Virus record (IMG/VR): IMGVR_UViG_3300038520_001754
Location: 1 to 40,415 of that record
DNA: 40,415 nucleotides
From: a virus
Lineage: Duplodnaviria > Caudoviricetes
Direction: 5' to 3' (one strand)
The translations under genes and the position numbers were made by a program. Every line of letters begins with the position of its first letter. The stretch's first letter is position 1. The notes under the pieces were generated by a model. The model ran no database searches. It saw only the letters and a list, made by a program, of their open reading frames with translations, and was not told where the DNA came from. Of the stretch, positions 17,312-26,265 are shown in pieces.

Positions 17312-18091
17312 CTAAGAATCCACCGCCTCTATATCAGGGGTAACGAATATCAAAGCGCACCGACAATTGATTACATTTGCTGGGCCACCCCTTGGGTCAC
17401 CCGGTCTACTCATAGTCCAGTTTTGTCCTTCATACGGCACTAAGAAATCTTCCTCCATGCCGACACGCACACCATTCATTACCTGATGATGGGAACGTGT
17501 TCTTGGGTCATTGACTGACACCCACTGCTTTTGCATTTCGGGAATGTCTAACTGCTTGGCTCTTTCAAAGCTGGCATACGATGCCGCATTGTGAGTTTCA
17601 GTTCTGGCGATGGTTGCGGCCCTAAGCGCAGAGAACGCACCACTGACGTCGTCTTTCAAAACTGCGGCGATGGCGTCCACGCCTAGTTGTTCTGATTCCA
17701 GCCTGAGTATTGTTCTGAGTACTCTCGCCCTTGTCGTGGCGGTGATGCTAACAATTCTTTCCGCACCGACTGCTTCCAGATATGCCGCAATCAGGAATTC
17801 AAGCTCAGGCTCAGCCTTTGTCGTTCTATCCACACGTCGAGCAAAGGCTAAGATTACCTCCCGGTAGTGAGGCTCTAGGACGCGCCTAAACCGGTCTTCC
17901 ATCCCGTCGAGACTACGAGTGACAACCTGACGCCTGATATATTCTTTCTCAAGGTCGTCACTGATATCTTCCCACACTTTCATTAAGCTTTTGCGTAGAC
18001 TGCGCTCAAACCCGACTCGCACACGGTTTTGCTCTATCACTTCCTTCCGGGCAGATATTTTGGTCTTGGCTTTGAGTTGGACAGCTAGCAT
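17312..18091 (-). CDS. Minor head protein (Mu gpF / SPP1 gp7 family)
   Basis: RAATIARTETHNA, KQWVSVNDPRTRSHH, PGDP.G...NVINCRC. Confidence 0.92.
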   Translation of the reverse strand: MLAVQLKAKTKISARKEVIEQNRVRVGFERSLRKSLMKVWEDISDDLEKEYIRRQVVTRSLDGMEDRFRRVLEPHYREVILAFARRVDRTTKAEPELEFLIAAYLEAVGAERIVSITATTRARVLRTILRLESEQLGVDAIAAVLKDDVSGAFSALRAATIARTETHNAASYASFERAKQLDIPEMQKQWVSVNDPRTRSHHQVMNGVRVGMEEDFLVPYEGQNWTMSRPGDPRGGPANVINCRCALIFVTPDIEAVDS

Positions 18092-20295
18092 TATTTAGAC
18101 TTCAACGGGTGACCAGATGGCAAAAGGTCTAGGTCAAACTTGCCACTAGGGAATCTGCCCGTGCGAACTGCTCTCAAGAAAGCGTTTACACGTCCCAATC
18201 CCCACTGGTCTGGACTGTTGACATTCGGTCGTACTGACCCCGGATTTGTGTGATAGGCACCCACACCTCGTCGGAACACTGCGGATAACATTCTCAGTGT
18301 CACACGCTTGCCCTTTTTGTCGCCATGCTTGTCGTTATGTTCTTTGACTTTGTTTGCCAACGCCTTTTTGATTTTCTCTGATATGGGCGCTTTGGCTTCC
18401 ATGATTTGTATCTGCATCAACTCCATGGTGATGCCAGCTTCTTTCGATGCGTCCCGTTCCTTATCTAGTTCAGCAACTTTCCGTCTGGCCCATCTTTGAC
18501 CGGGGTCACCTCCCCACAAGAGCCATGCGATTTTTCCAGCGCTTGGATAGCCTTCCTCTCCAACCCGGAAACCCTCCGCACGCTTGTCAACTTCATGTCG
18601 TGAGAAAAAGCTGTGCATACGCCTAACAGTGCTTGGAGACAATCGTTCACCGTTTGTGAGTTGGACTGCTCTGGCAACTCCGACGTCTGTGCCTCCACGG
18701 TTGTATTCTTTTCTAAGCTTGAGTCCTTTTGCCGCTTCATCTGCCATCTCCTGAGTTGGTTTCGTATCTACGTCACTCTCAGCCTTAGCGTCGTCCCCAC
18801 GGTCATCTTCAGCCTCTTGCGCAATCAGCCGGTCGTATTCATCGTGAGTGCGACAAGGCATATAGATGGTTCCATTCTCACCTTGATGCTGATGAATCCC
18901 AGAACAACCTAAAGCCTCAGCCCGGTCTAATGCTTCTTGCTCTGTTGTGAATGTATCTTTTGATATCTCAGCCTTGGCTCCAAGATATCCTGACTCCATG
19001 TCATAAGCTTCTTTGCCAGCATCTGTAGGCTCTGCCTCATCTGCCTCAGATGTCTCTGGGCTTCCCAATGGGAAAAGGTTTGCTGGGATGTAGACGTCGT
19101 CGCCATTAGTGATAGGCTCCAGACCCAGACGCTCACGTGCCTCGTTGCGAGTCAAGATGCCCTCTCGCACACCGCTGACTACGTTTTCGTATGTTCGTCT
19201 CCGACGTTCAGCCATAGCTGGAATGCTGTCGATATCGTACCTGACTTGTATCCTGTCGCCATAGATGGGTGACAACCATTCGTTGAAATCCGACTCGATA
19301 CGTTTGGCCAGCGGTATGATTGTTTCTTCATACAGAGACAGTCTGGCCTCTTGCACGTTTGCGTAAGTCTGAGCATCCGGGATGCCGATAAGCTGAGACG
19401 GGACGCCAAAGCAAAGCGCAATATCTTTTGCCGTCATGTTTCTCTGGTTTATGAAATCCATGTCCTTGGGTGAGATGCCCATCTCTTTCCAATCAAAGTC
19501 TCCCTCTAGCAGTAGAGGTCTACCCGCATTGTTCGTCCCTTGGAATCTGGTATTGATGTCGTCTTGTAGCTGTTGTCTTTGCCCATCGCTCAACTGGATA
19601 GGCATTCCCCGGTCATTGCTTGGTTTGAAAATGACAGCACCAGACGGTCTTGCCCCGTTCATTAGTAGAGCAACGTTGTGCTTGGCTATCATGTTGTGTT
19701 GGTCAACATCCACTGCCGCCGCCATCAATGGTGACAGCCCTACGTAATCATCAAGTGGATTCCAAAACTTGAAATGCTTTACATCAGATGCCCCGGATAC
19801 TGGGTCAGCCTCATAATATGCCGCCACTCGTCCGTTCAGCTTGTAGTTGTATCCAGCCGGGATAGCTGTTTTGCTTGGCACAACCTCGACTCTATCTGGC
19901 CTCAACAAATGTAATTCAGCTACTCCAGAATCGGTCTGAGTTTTGACAGCATAAGAATTGCCACCTAATAACAAAAACGAATAAAGTGATTGGAAATATT
20001 CAACACCCGCTTGGGTGGGATTGGGTCGTCTCAATATGTCTAAGATAGGATGTTGGTCTAGCTCTACCTCGCCGTCGAATGCCTTAAACTCGATTGATGC
20101 GGCCCCGTTGGCTATTTCATTGACGCACCGATAGACGATTGCGTTTTTGCGGTATCCCTCGTCTGCGTAGGATGAAAAGTCATCTTTGCGGTAAACATTA
20201 GTGGCAGTTGTTGTTAATACTACGTTGGGCGCTTCTTTTGTCTCTATCTCTAGATTATCTCGAAACAGCCCAGCAATACGGTCTAATATGCTCAT
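18091..20295 (-). CDS. Portal protein (HK97 family) with about 300 aa C-terminal extension
   Basis: VYRCVNEIA, PNP.Q, LLLGGNSY, LRPDRV, GLSPL, NGARPSG, IALCFGVP, TYAN, NEARE.LGL. Start at ATG 20295 (TAATG coupling to terL) preferred over 20310. Confidence 0.95.
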   Translation of the reverse strand: MSILDRIAGLFRDNLEIETKEAPNVVLTTTATNVYRKDDFSSYADEGYRKNAIVYRCVNEIANGAASIEFKAFDGEVELDQHPILDILRRPNPTQAGVEYFQSLYSFLLLGGNSYAVKTQTDSGVAELHLLRPDRVEVVPSKTAIPAGYNYKLNGRVAAYYEADPVSGASDVKHFKFWNPLDDYVGLSPLMAAAVDVDQHNMIAKHNVALLMNGARPSGAVIFKPSNDRGMPIQLSDGQRQQLQDDINTRFQGTNNAGRPLLLEGDFDWKEMGISPKDMDFINQRNMTAKDIALCFGVPSQLIGIPDAQTYANVQEARLSLYEETIIPLAKRIESDFNEWLSPIYGDRIQVRYDIDSIPAMAERRRRTYENVVSGVREGILTRNEARERLGLEPITNGDDVYIPANLFPLGSPETSEADEAEPTDAGKEAYDMESGYLGAKAEISKDTFTTEQEALDRAEALGCSGIHQHQGENGTIYMPCRTHDEYDRLIAQEAEDDRGDDAKAESDVDTKPTQEMADEAAKGLKLRKEYNRGGTDVGVARAVQLTNGERLSPSTVRRMHSFFSRHEVDKRAEGFRVGEEGYPSAGKIAWLLWGGDPGQRWARRKVAELDKERDASKEAGITMELMQIQIMEAKAPISEKIKKALANKVKEHNDKHGDKKGKRVTLRMLSAVFRRGVGAYHTNPGSVRPNVNSPDQWGLGRVNAFLRAVRTGRFPSGKFDLDLLPSGHPLKSK

Positions 20296-21590
20296 TAGCT
20301 TATTCTCCAAATGGCCGTCCCGGTGGATTGGCTCAATTCTGACAATGCCCAGACTAAGGCATCCATTCTGTCAGGGGACTTGCCCCCACCTGTAAATGAG
20401 CACATTTGGTCTTCAAGCTGTGGAAAGTCTCCGACGTGATGTACCCTGTTCTGCTCATACAATGCGGCGATTGGTTCTGCTCTTATTAACTTACCCCTTG
20501 ATGCTTGCACTGGTGTATACGGAACATTATTATCAATCGTTCTTAGCAGTCTTTCCACTAAATCGCCACCGTTATTTACTTCTGCTACAATTCTATCTGC
20601 CTGATATTCATAATAAAGGTCGATAGCTTTACGTCCCCAAGCATCCGGTGAGCCTTTGAATGTGGCGTCTTCCAGCACGTAATATTTGTTGTCTACACCT
20701 TGTCCCGCGACTACAATGCCAGTGTCATCTGACGATGCTGACGAGGTAACAGCCGGGTCAACTGCTACGATTACGCGCCTCAGTTCGGGACTCTCTTTGA
20801 CACGGTTTGCCTCAATACTCTTTAGTGTCCAGAGTGCGCCCTCAGTATCCTCCAGTATCTCCGCATATAATTCTTGTCGGCCTAGCCTTGTGCCGCCATA
20901 CCGCTCTTGGAGCGCCCTTAAAGCCTGTGGAGCGAGGTTGTCTTGATTCTCAAAGGTTGAGCCACGATGAATCTGACAGTCGTCCCTGAGAGCTAGAGAC
21001 TTGATTAGAGGTGTTGGCTTGGGGGTTGTGGTGACGACGCACTGCGGGTTCTGACCTAAGCGCAGTCCAAACATAAGCTGGTCAAAAGCTTCTGGATATT
21101 TCCATGCGGCTAACTCGTCACACCAAGCCCGGTGAAACTGCGGTCCACGCAGTCGCTCTGGCTCCTCTGCGCTAAACCCCATAATCTTTGAGCCGTTGAA
21201 AAGTTTTATTTCTGCACTGGAGGCGTTGTAACCTTGACCTCTTCCTGATGCAAGGCAGTCTCTGGGTATTACATTTAACAACCCACTTGGCCCACCGAAA
21301 GCAACCCGCCGAATATCGCCAAAGGTTGGCACGACGACGGCGCATAAAACTCCCGGATTCTCCATTGCGTAAATTGCGATATCTGATGCACCCGTCCTCG
21401 TCTTACCCCAGCCTCGTCCAGCTAAGATTAGCCAAATGAACCAATCCCCTGTTGGCGTGAGTTGAGAGTCACGCGCCGTATCGAGCCAATCACTGTATAG
21501 TTGGACTGAAGCCCTCTGCTCGTTGCTCTCTAGCTCCTCGTAGATACTCCAAGGCTCGTTTGAATGAGTCTGGTGTTGTAACATCCGCAT
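20295..21590 (-). CDS. terL: Terminase large subunit
   Basis: ILAGRGWGKT Walker A, LRGPQFHRAWCDE Walker B, VTTTP, VAVDPA and PDRMDALVW nuclease motifs. Start uncertain; overlaps terS by up to 100 nt. Confidence 0.96.
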   Translation of the reverse strand: MRMLQHQTHSNEPWSIYEELESNEQRASVQLYSDWLDTARDSQLTPTGDWFIWLILAGRGWGKTRTGASDIAIYAMENPGVLCAVVVPTFGDIRRVAFGGPSGLLNVIPRDCLASGRGQGYNASSAEIKLFNGSKIMGFSAEEPERLRGPQFHRAWCDELAAWKYPEAFDQLMFGLRLGQNPQCVVTTTPKPTPLIKSLALRDDCQIHRGSTFENQDNLAPQALRALQERYGGTRLGRQELYAEILEDTEGALWTLKSIEANRVKESPELRRVIVAVDPAVTSSASSDDTGIVVAGQGVDNKYYVLEDATFKGSPDAWGRKAIDLYYEYQADRIVAEVNNGGDLVERLLRTIDNNVPYTPVQASRGKLIRAEPIAALYEQNRVHHVGDFPQLEDQMCSFTGGGKSPDRMDALVWALSELSQSTGTAIWRIS

Positions 21591-22056
21591 TCACCTGTCT
21601 TATTTCACTGGCCTCTCCCAAAGCCAGCTTGCCTATTTTTTGTGCATTCATTGCGGCGGCAGATAGCGCCCTCAAATGCTCTGGGGACAATGTCTCAGCC
21701 CCAGCCTCTTCATTTGCTTGGTCTTGCATTAGTTTATTGGCAACACGTCCAAGAAACGCTTGCGAAATTCTCAGTGATGCTTTGTCTAGTTTGCCAGCTT
21801 CAGCTACCAGTTCGTCTGAACGGTTTTGCTTGATTTGCTCTCTGGCTCTGGAAACGAAATTAAGGCGTTGCTTCTGCCAATCTTCTTTTTCTGCTCGACG
21901 GTAAAGGGTGGCCCTAGCGACGTCGTGCTTTTTGTAGAGTGAGTCAAGGCTCACAGTGGTGCGTGTGCCGTCAGGTTGTAGCTCCCCTTCAAGAAACTCT
22001 AGCAATATTTCTTGCGCTTTACTTTCGGTGAGCTTTTGAGGCATGACCGTTATCAA
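21490..22056 (-). CDS. terS: Terminase small subunit (putative)
   Basis: HTH-like SLDSLYKKHDVARATLYRRAEKEDW followed by helices; immediately upstream of terL. ATG at 22044 is an alternative start. Confidence 0.72.
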   Translation of the reverse strand: MITVMPQKLTESKAQEILLEFLEGELQPDGTRTTVSLDSLYKKHDVARATLYRRAEKEDWQKQRLNFVSRAREQIKQNRSDELVAEAGKLDKASLRISQAFLGRVANKLMQDQANEEAGAETLSPEHLRALSAAAMNAQKIGKLALGEASEIRQVNADVTTPDSFKRALEYLRGAREQRAEGFSPTIQ

Positions 22057-22072
22057 CTCCTTATCAAAATAT

Positions 22073-22600
22073 CTAAGTGGCTATCCAATCCCATATCTCA
22101 GTACTGAGACTGACTGTATCACTAATCTCATTTAATCTAAATGGCTCAAAAATTCCAGCAAATTCTTCTTTTATGTTGTTTATCTTAGTTTTTCGGCCTT
22201 TTAGGAATTTATCTGATTGAGTATCACCCCTCGCTTCATGTCTCCGGGTTAGCTCCCCCTCCCCTTGCTCCAAGATAATGATACGCATTTGATACAAGGT
22301 AGACAGGTATCTCAGGTTGGACGCAGAGAATAACCTGTCACCCTCAAACAAAAGGTTGCGCTTGCCCTTGGAGGCATAATCCAGAAAATCTTTATTCACA
22401 GCCATTGATAGCCGGTCTGTTCCTTGAAACTTTCCTTGGCCATCGTACACGCCCAACACTGCTACATTAGACCTCGCCTCAAGATGACCATACAGTTTCC
22501 CGTACTTTAGCCTTTGGCTTGTCTGGTAATTCCGCATTATCTCCCGCATCAGGGTTGTCTTGCCTGTTGCTGGCTCCCCTCCAATGGCTAAACACTTCAT
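22073..22600 (-). CDS. P-loop nucleotide kinase of DNA base-hypermodification loci
   Basis: IGGEPATGKTT Walker A, GTDRLSMAV, FEGDRL; neighbour of the aGPT-Pplase2-like gene. Confidence 0.75.
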   Translation of the reverse strand: MKCLAIGGEPATGKTTLMREIMRNYQTSQRLKYGKLYGHLEARSNVAVLGVYDGQGKFQGTDRLSMAVNKDFLDYASKGKRNLLFEGDRLFSASNLRYLSTLYQMRIIILEQGEGELTRRHEARGDTQSDKFLKGRKTKINNIKEEFAGIFEPFRLNEISDTVSLSTEIWDWIAT

Positions 22601-22926
22601 GGCATAAATATTCCTTTTTTACGCCCGTACCCGTGATAGTTGATAACGCTGTGGCCCCGCCCCTCTAAACACGTCGCCAACATAAAATTGGTTTTCTGCC
22701 ACATGCTGGCTTCAGCCATGAGGTATTCGCACTCCATCTTGTCTTCAATAATGTTGCCGGGATTGGCTGAGGCTTTGGGGTCAACAACCGGGGAATGGCT
22801 ACAGGCACTGACCGCTCCCATTACTATTACAGCAATGGTCAGACCAATGACCGCTTTCCAAAAATGTCTGTCCATGACCGGTAAGTTGTATTGTATAGAT
22901 ACTGGCAGTTTATGTTCATGCATCAT
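22597..22926 (-). CDS. Putative lipoprotein
   Basis: Hydrophobic stretch ending in lipobox-like VSA-C, then P.VD...D..EC...CL.GRG pattern. Confidence 0.6.
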   Translation of the reverse strand: MMHEHKLPVSIQYNLPVMDRHFWKAVIGLTIAVIVMGAVSACSHSPVVDPKASANPGNIIEDKMECEYLMAEASMWQKTNFMLATCLEGRGHSVINYHGYGRKKGIFMP

Positions 22927-23971
22927 AAATTCTCCACTGAGATTTGACTACGTCTAGTTCATGCCACATCTGTGGCTTATTGTTGAAAAACGCTTCTACG
23001 CGAGGTATGCGTCCATACTCCATTAGCGCCTTGTTCCAGCTTGCTACGTAAGCTGATTCTGCGGTTTGGTTTTCCGGGTTCTTCTCAGCCAACAGGCTGT
23101 GAGGAATGACAGCTGACCGCCCCTCAAAATACTTATCCCACAGCCAGCGATATTCTGGCCATAGCTCCATCATGTAATCCATTTCCCAGCTTTGCTCGTC
23201 GATGTAGCAACCGCCATATCGTGAGCCTTTGTGCTGTCTCTTATAATTACAACATGCCGTCTCCAAAGAAAGAAAGCCCGCATCCGGGTGGTCCAACGTT
23301 TGGATGTACTCCAGCGCACTCTGCTCTAAGTCGGCTATGTCTTTCTTAGAGCATTTGCCTTCAACCAAATGGTCTTTGCCCACACAAAATGCCCAGCCTG
23401 ACCGGTGTGACTTGCCGTCGGCAAATTCCATGGTTGGAGGTCGTAAAGGTGCGCTAATAAACTTGGTGAGCGCCTCCGTGAAACACCAATGGCCCATCCT
23501 CCCCCAGTGATGCCAATCTCTCATGCACCTGTGCTTTAGACTTTCATAATTCTCAAACGGGTCGCCCCTGAGACTGAATGAGATGTACTGACCAAGGGTA
23601 TCGAATTTCCTCAGAGATGCTCCGATTGACCTCAGGAATTTCTCAAATACAAGTTTTCTGTATTTGCAATCTGGGCTAAACAGCAATCGCTTTTTGTTAT
23701 CGTAAAAAAACTCTACTGCTTCGTCGATGACGTCCAGAGTAAAAACTGGAAACTGGTCTGAGAACATTGTCTCACATGGCCCAGCATAAGTGGCCCCGTG
23801 GAAAAGACCCATGACGCACCGTTTCTCAAAATCAAAATCAAGGTCATCTGCTATCCAAGTCTCCACGTTGATATCTGGACTCCAATCTCCAGTTGCCAAC
23901 ATGAACTTGTAGAACCGGTCAAACCCCTCGAAACGATTTTCAGGTAATCTGTAGTCAATATCATCCCGCAT
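22916..23971 (-). CDS. aGPT-Pplase2-like amino acid:DNA transferase (HhH-glycosylase fold)
   Basis: DYRLPENR.E.F start, D.KY.K, WGRMGHWCFTE, LETACCNYK, RYGGCYID motifs, recalled as features of the clade-2 alpha-glutamyl/putrescinyl-thymine pyrophosphorylase family. Confidence 0.75.
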   Translation of the reverse strand: MRDDIDYRLPENRFEGFDRFYKFMLATGDWSPDINVETWIADDLDFDFEKRCVMGLFHGATYAGPCETMFSDQFPVFTLDVIDEAVEFFYDNKKRLLFSPDCKYRKLVFEKFLRSIGASLRKFDTLGQYISFSLRGDPFENYESLKHRCMRDWHHWGRMGHWCFTEALTKFISAPLRPPTMEFADGKSHRSGWAFCVGKDHLVEGKCSKKDIADLEQSALEYIQTLDHPDAGFLSLETACCNYKRQHKGSRYGGCYIDEQSWEMDYMMELWPEYRWLWDKYFEGRSAVIPHSLLAEKNPENQTAESAYVASWNKALMEYGRIPRVEAFFNNKPQMWHELDVVKSQWRIYDA

Positions 23972-24644
23972 TGAAGCGCTCTATCCCGGCTTGGTAAATC
24001 TCGTCTCGTATCTCATAAACCAGATAACCTCTGCCTAAACGATATGCGGCCAACCCGGTTGTTCCAAGACCGCCAAATGGGTCATAGACCACATGACCTT
24101 CATCCGTGAAATTCTCGACACAATACTGAGCAATCTCTATCGGCTGGGCCACAACCTCGCCATCTATAACTTTTTCTTTGTCGAATGGCCCCCACACGTC
24201 GTGACCGTAAGTTTGAAAAAGCTTTTTCTTGCGTAGATTGAAAACCCCCTTTTGGTCTTTTTTCTGGAACGTGTACACGTGTCCAACCGTATGGGAGTAA
24301 CCGTCATACCCAGTTTTCTTCAGATAAAATTTCACATCTTTGAGTAGATATCCGTACTGAAAAAACGCCTGATTGACGTAATAGAATTTAGGCAGAATTT
24401 GAGAGTTGGCTCTGCGGCATCCTGTGAACGCGATAGTCACCGTTCCCAGCTTTGGTCTAATCCGTGGCACAAACCAATCTAAAAATTTCGTTTTGTAGGT
24501 GATGGGCTTGTTCTTATCTACACCGAATGAGGCGAGGTCTTCATAACACGGCGTCCCACTGAAAAAGTAGTCGTACTCGTCTGTTTCTAAATTATCTAGG
24601 CAACTGCCCAAGATGTAATCTTGCCTGACGTCTGTCATGCTCAA
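23961..24644 (-). CDS. SAM-dependent DNA methyltransferase, beta-class order, atypical catalytic motif
   Basis: C-terminal motif I VVYDPFGGLGTTG...GR.Y...E; N-terminal motif IV reads SGTPCY rather than (D/S)PPY. ATG at 24638 is the likely start. Confidence 0.75.
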   Translation of the reverse strand: MSMTDVRQDYILGSCLDNLETDEYDYFFSGTPCYEDLASFGVDKNKPITYKTKFLDWFVPRIRPKLGTVTIAFTGCRRANSQILPKFYYVNQAFFQYGYLLKDVKFYLKKTGYDGYSHTVGHVYTFQKKDQKGVFNLRKKKLFQTYGHDVWGPFDKEKVIDGEVVAQPIEIAQYCVENFTDEGHVVYDPFGGLGTTGLAAYRLGRGYLVYEIRDEIYQAGIERFNAG

Positions 24645-25606
24645 ACCTCTGCTGAATTCAATCCCTTTAAGCTCGTCCTGTTTTTGATGATTTCCAGTTC
24701 ATCAAGAGATGATTGACAGCGCATCATGTTGTTTCTGTAGTAGCAAACGACGCTGATACGCTCAAATGGCTTCTTTGCTCTAAACTCTGTATTGCCATGC
24801 CACTCATGCACATTGAAAAAGCAAACATCTGTGGTACGGACGTCAAACCCTACCCCGTAACGTGGCAGACAAGTATAACCGCCTTCAAACTCTCCCGCCT
24901 GTAGTACGGCGATGTTTCCCAGCCCACCTTCATAATCTCCAGCGTCACAATGTATTGCCGTTCTAAAGTTGCGGTTGACTGTGACCGTAGTGAACACCGT
25001 ATCTTTTATTTTGAAATCTGAATGAGTGTCGTCATAGACCTCACGCTGAGCGTTCCATCTATCCGGGCAAGCTTTTTTGAACTCGTCAGAGATGTTTCTG
25101 ATATACGGGATTGCTGACTTGAACTTGGATAGATTTTCCTCCGTCCATGCTGTCATCCGGCAGTAGGGCATCCTTTGACTGCGGTCGAAATATCCTATGA
25201 TGCCGCTCTCCACGGCTTTGGATAAAGCTGTTTTGGATACTGTCCCGTCTTGCTTGACGTAATGAAACTGTTTGGCGTTTGTGTTCTCGCCCTCTGCTAC
25301 TCCGTTGGGGAAGTAATATTTATCTTTGGCCGCATTGAACACCCCGGCGGCATCTCCCCGATTTTTCGTGACTCGTGCGGCAGTGCGCAGAGATTGATAA
25401 GCTGATTTGCAAAGCTTGGGGTCTAAGACGTTTTTGCGAAAAAAGAAAAGTGGATTGCCTTCGCTGTCGTAGGCATCGCAGTCATAGTCTATGATGGTGT
25501 GAATTTCTTGGTCTTCTACAAATGTGCCGGCCCGGCTAGCAAACTCTTCAAAACTGCATTTGGCCTCAGTGTTAAATCTTTTTATTTGTTGCGGCATTTT
25601 CGACAA
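24641..25606 (-). CDS. TET/JBP-family 2OG-Fe(II) dioxygenase (5-methylpyrimidine oxidase)
   Basis: NRG.AAG, SGIIGYFDR...PYCR.TA, FTTVTVNRNFRTAIHCDAGD (HxD), VHEWHGNT (distal His), RISVVCYYR (2OG-binding Arg). ATG at 25597 possible. Confidence 0.9.
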   Translation of the reverse strand: MSKMPQQIKRFNTEAKCSFEEFASRAGTFVEDQEIHTIIDYDCDAYDSEGNPLFFFRKNVLDPKLCKSAYQSLRTAARVTKNRGDAAGVFNAAKDKYYFPNGVAEGENTNAKQFHYVKQDGTVSKTALSKAVESGIIGYFDRSQRMPYCRMTAWTEENLSKFKSAIPYIRNISDEFKKACPDRWNAQREVYDDTHSDFKIKDTVFTTVTVNRNFRTAIHCDAGDYEGGLGNIAVLQAGEFEGGYTCLPRYGVGFDVRTTDVCFFNVHEWHGNTEFRAKKPFERISVVCYYRNNMMRCQSSLDELEIIKNRTSLKGLNSAEV

Positions 25607-26186
25607 GCTTGTACACGGTATCCGTCAGATTCTCTGTGCCAAGCTCCCCCTGTAATTTATCTATCATTTCCCTAAATTTTGGTTCGTTCTCTGTGTTGAG
25701 ATACAAGAAAACAATTTTAACATTTGTCATCTCATATTCGTCTGATATCTCTTCTTGGATATCGTCATCGACGTCTATGGCAAACTCTAAATCAGTACCG
25801 CCCAATCGCGCTATCTCATCTAATGAGAACCCGGTCAGGGTCATATCAAAATCAAAGTTAGCTATATCAGCCAACTCAGCCTTCAACATTTCTCTGTCCC
25901 AAGTTGCCAGTTCGGCTGACTTGTTATCCATAATTCTGAAACTGCGTTTTTGCTCTTCTGATAGCCCGTCTGCTTTGTGAACAGGCACAGCGTTTAACCC
26001 TAGATTTAGTGCCGCCTGATGCCGGGTGTGACCGGCTAATATGACATTGTTCTCATCGACGACGATTGGTTGCCGAAAACCGTACTCAGATATTGAGCGC
26101 TCTAGTACCTCTACAGCCTCATCATTATTTCTAGGGTTGCGCTCATAAGGCAGTAAATTTTTAGGGTCGAGTAATGTTACCTTCAT
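25572..26186 (-). CDS. ParB/Srx N-terminal domain protein
   Basis: LLPYERNPR.N, SI.EYGF.QPIVVD....ILAGHTR..AA..LG...VPV, RIMDNK..E...WD. Confidence 0.88.
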   Translation of the reverse strand: MKVTLLDPKNLLPYERNPRNNDEAVEVLERSISEYGFRQPIVVDENNVILAGHTRHQAALNLGLNAVPVHKADGLSEEQKRSFRIMDNKSAELATWDREMLKAELADIANFDFDMTLTGFSLDEIARLGGTDLEFAIDVDDDIQEEISDEYEMTNVKIVFLYLNTENEPKFREMIDKLQGELGTENLTDTVYKLVENAATNKKI

Positions 26187-26215
26187 GATATTCCTCTGAA
26201 TATTTCCCTTAATTC

Positions 26216-26243
26216 AATATAACAAATCCGGTTGACTTGTCCA
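26216..26243 (-). promoter_or_regulatory. Candidate leftward promoter for the modification/packaging operon
   Basis: TGGACA (26243-26238), 16 bp, TATATT (26221-26216) with extended -10 TG. Confidence 0.45.
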
Positions 26244-26260
26244 GATGAAAGTCGGATACT
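26232..26260 (+). promoter_or_regulatory. Sigma70-type promoter for sRNA-1
   Basis: TTGACT (26232-26237), 17 bp, GATACT (26255-26260); predicted start about 26266. Confidence 0.6.
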
Positions 26261-26265
26261 AGAAC

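Noticed and set aside
601-25980. Numerous + strand ORFs across the late region
   Set aside because: Antisense shadows of well-supported minus-strand genes, without RBSs or recognisable motifs.
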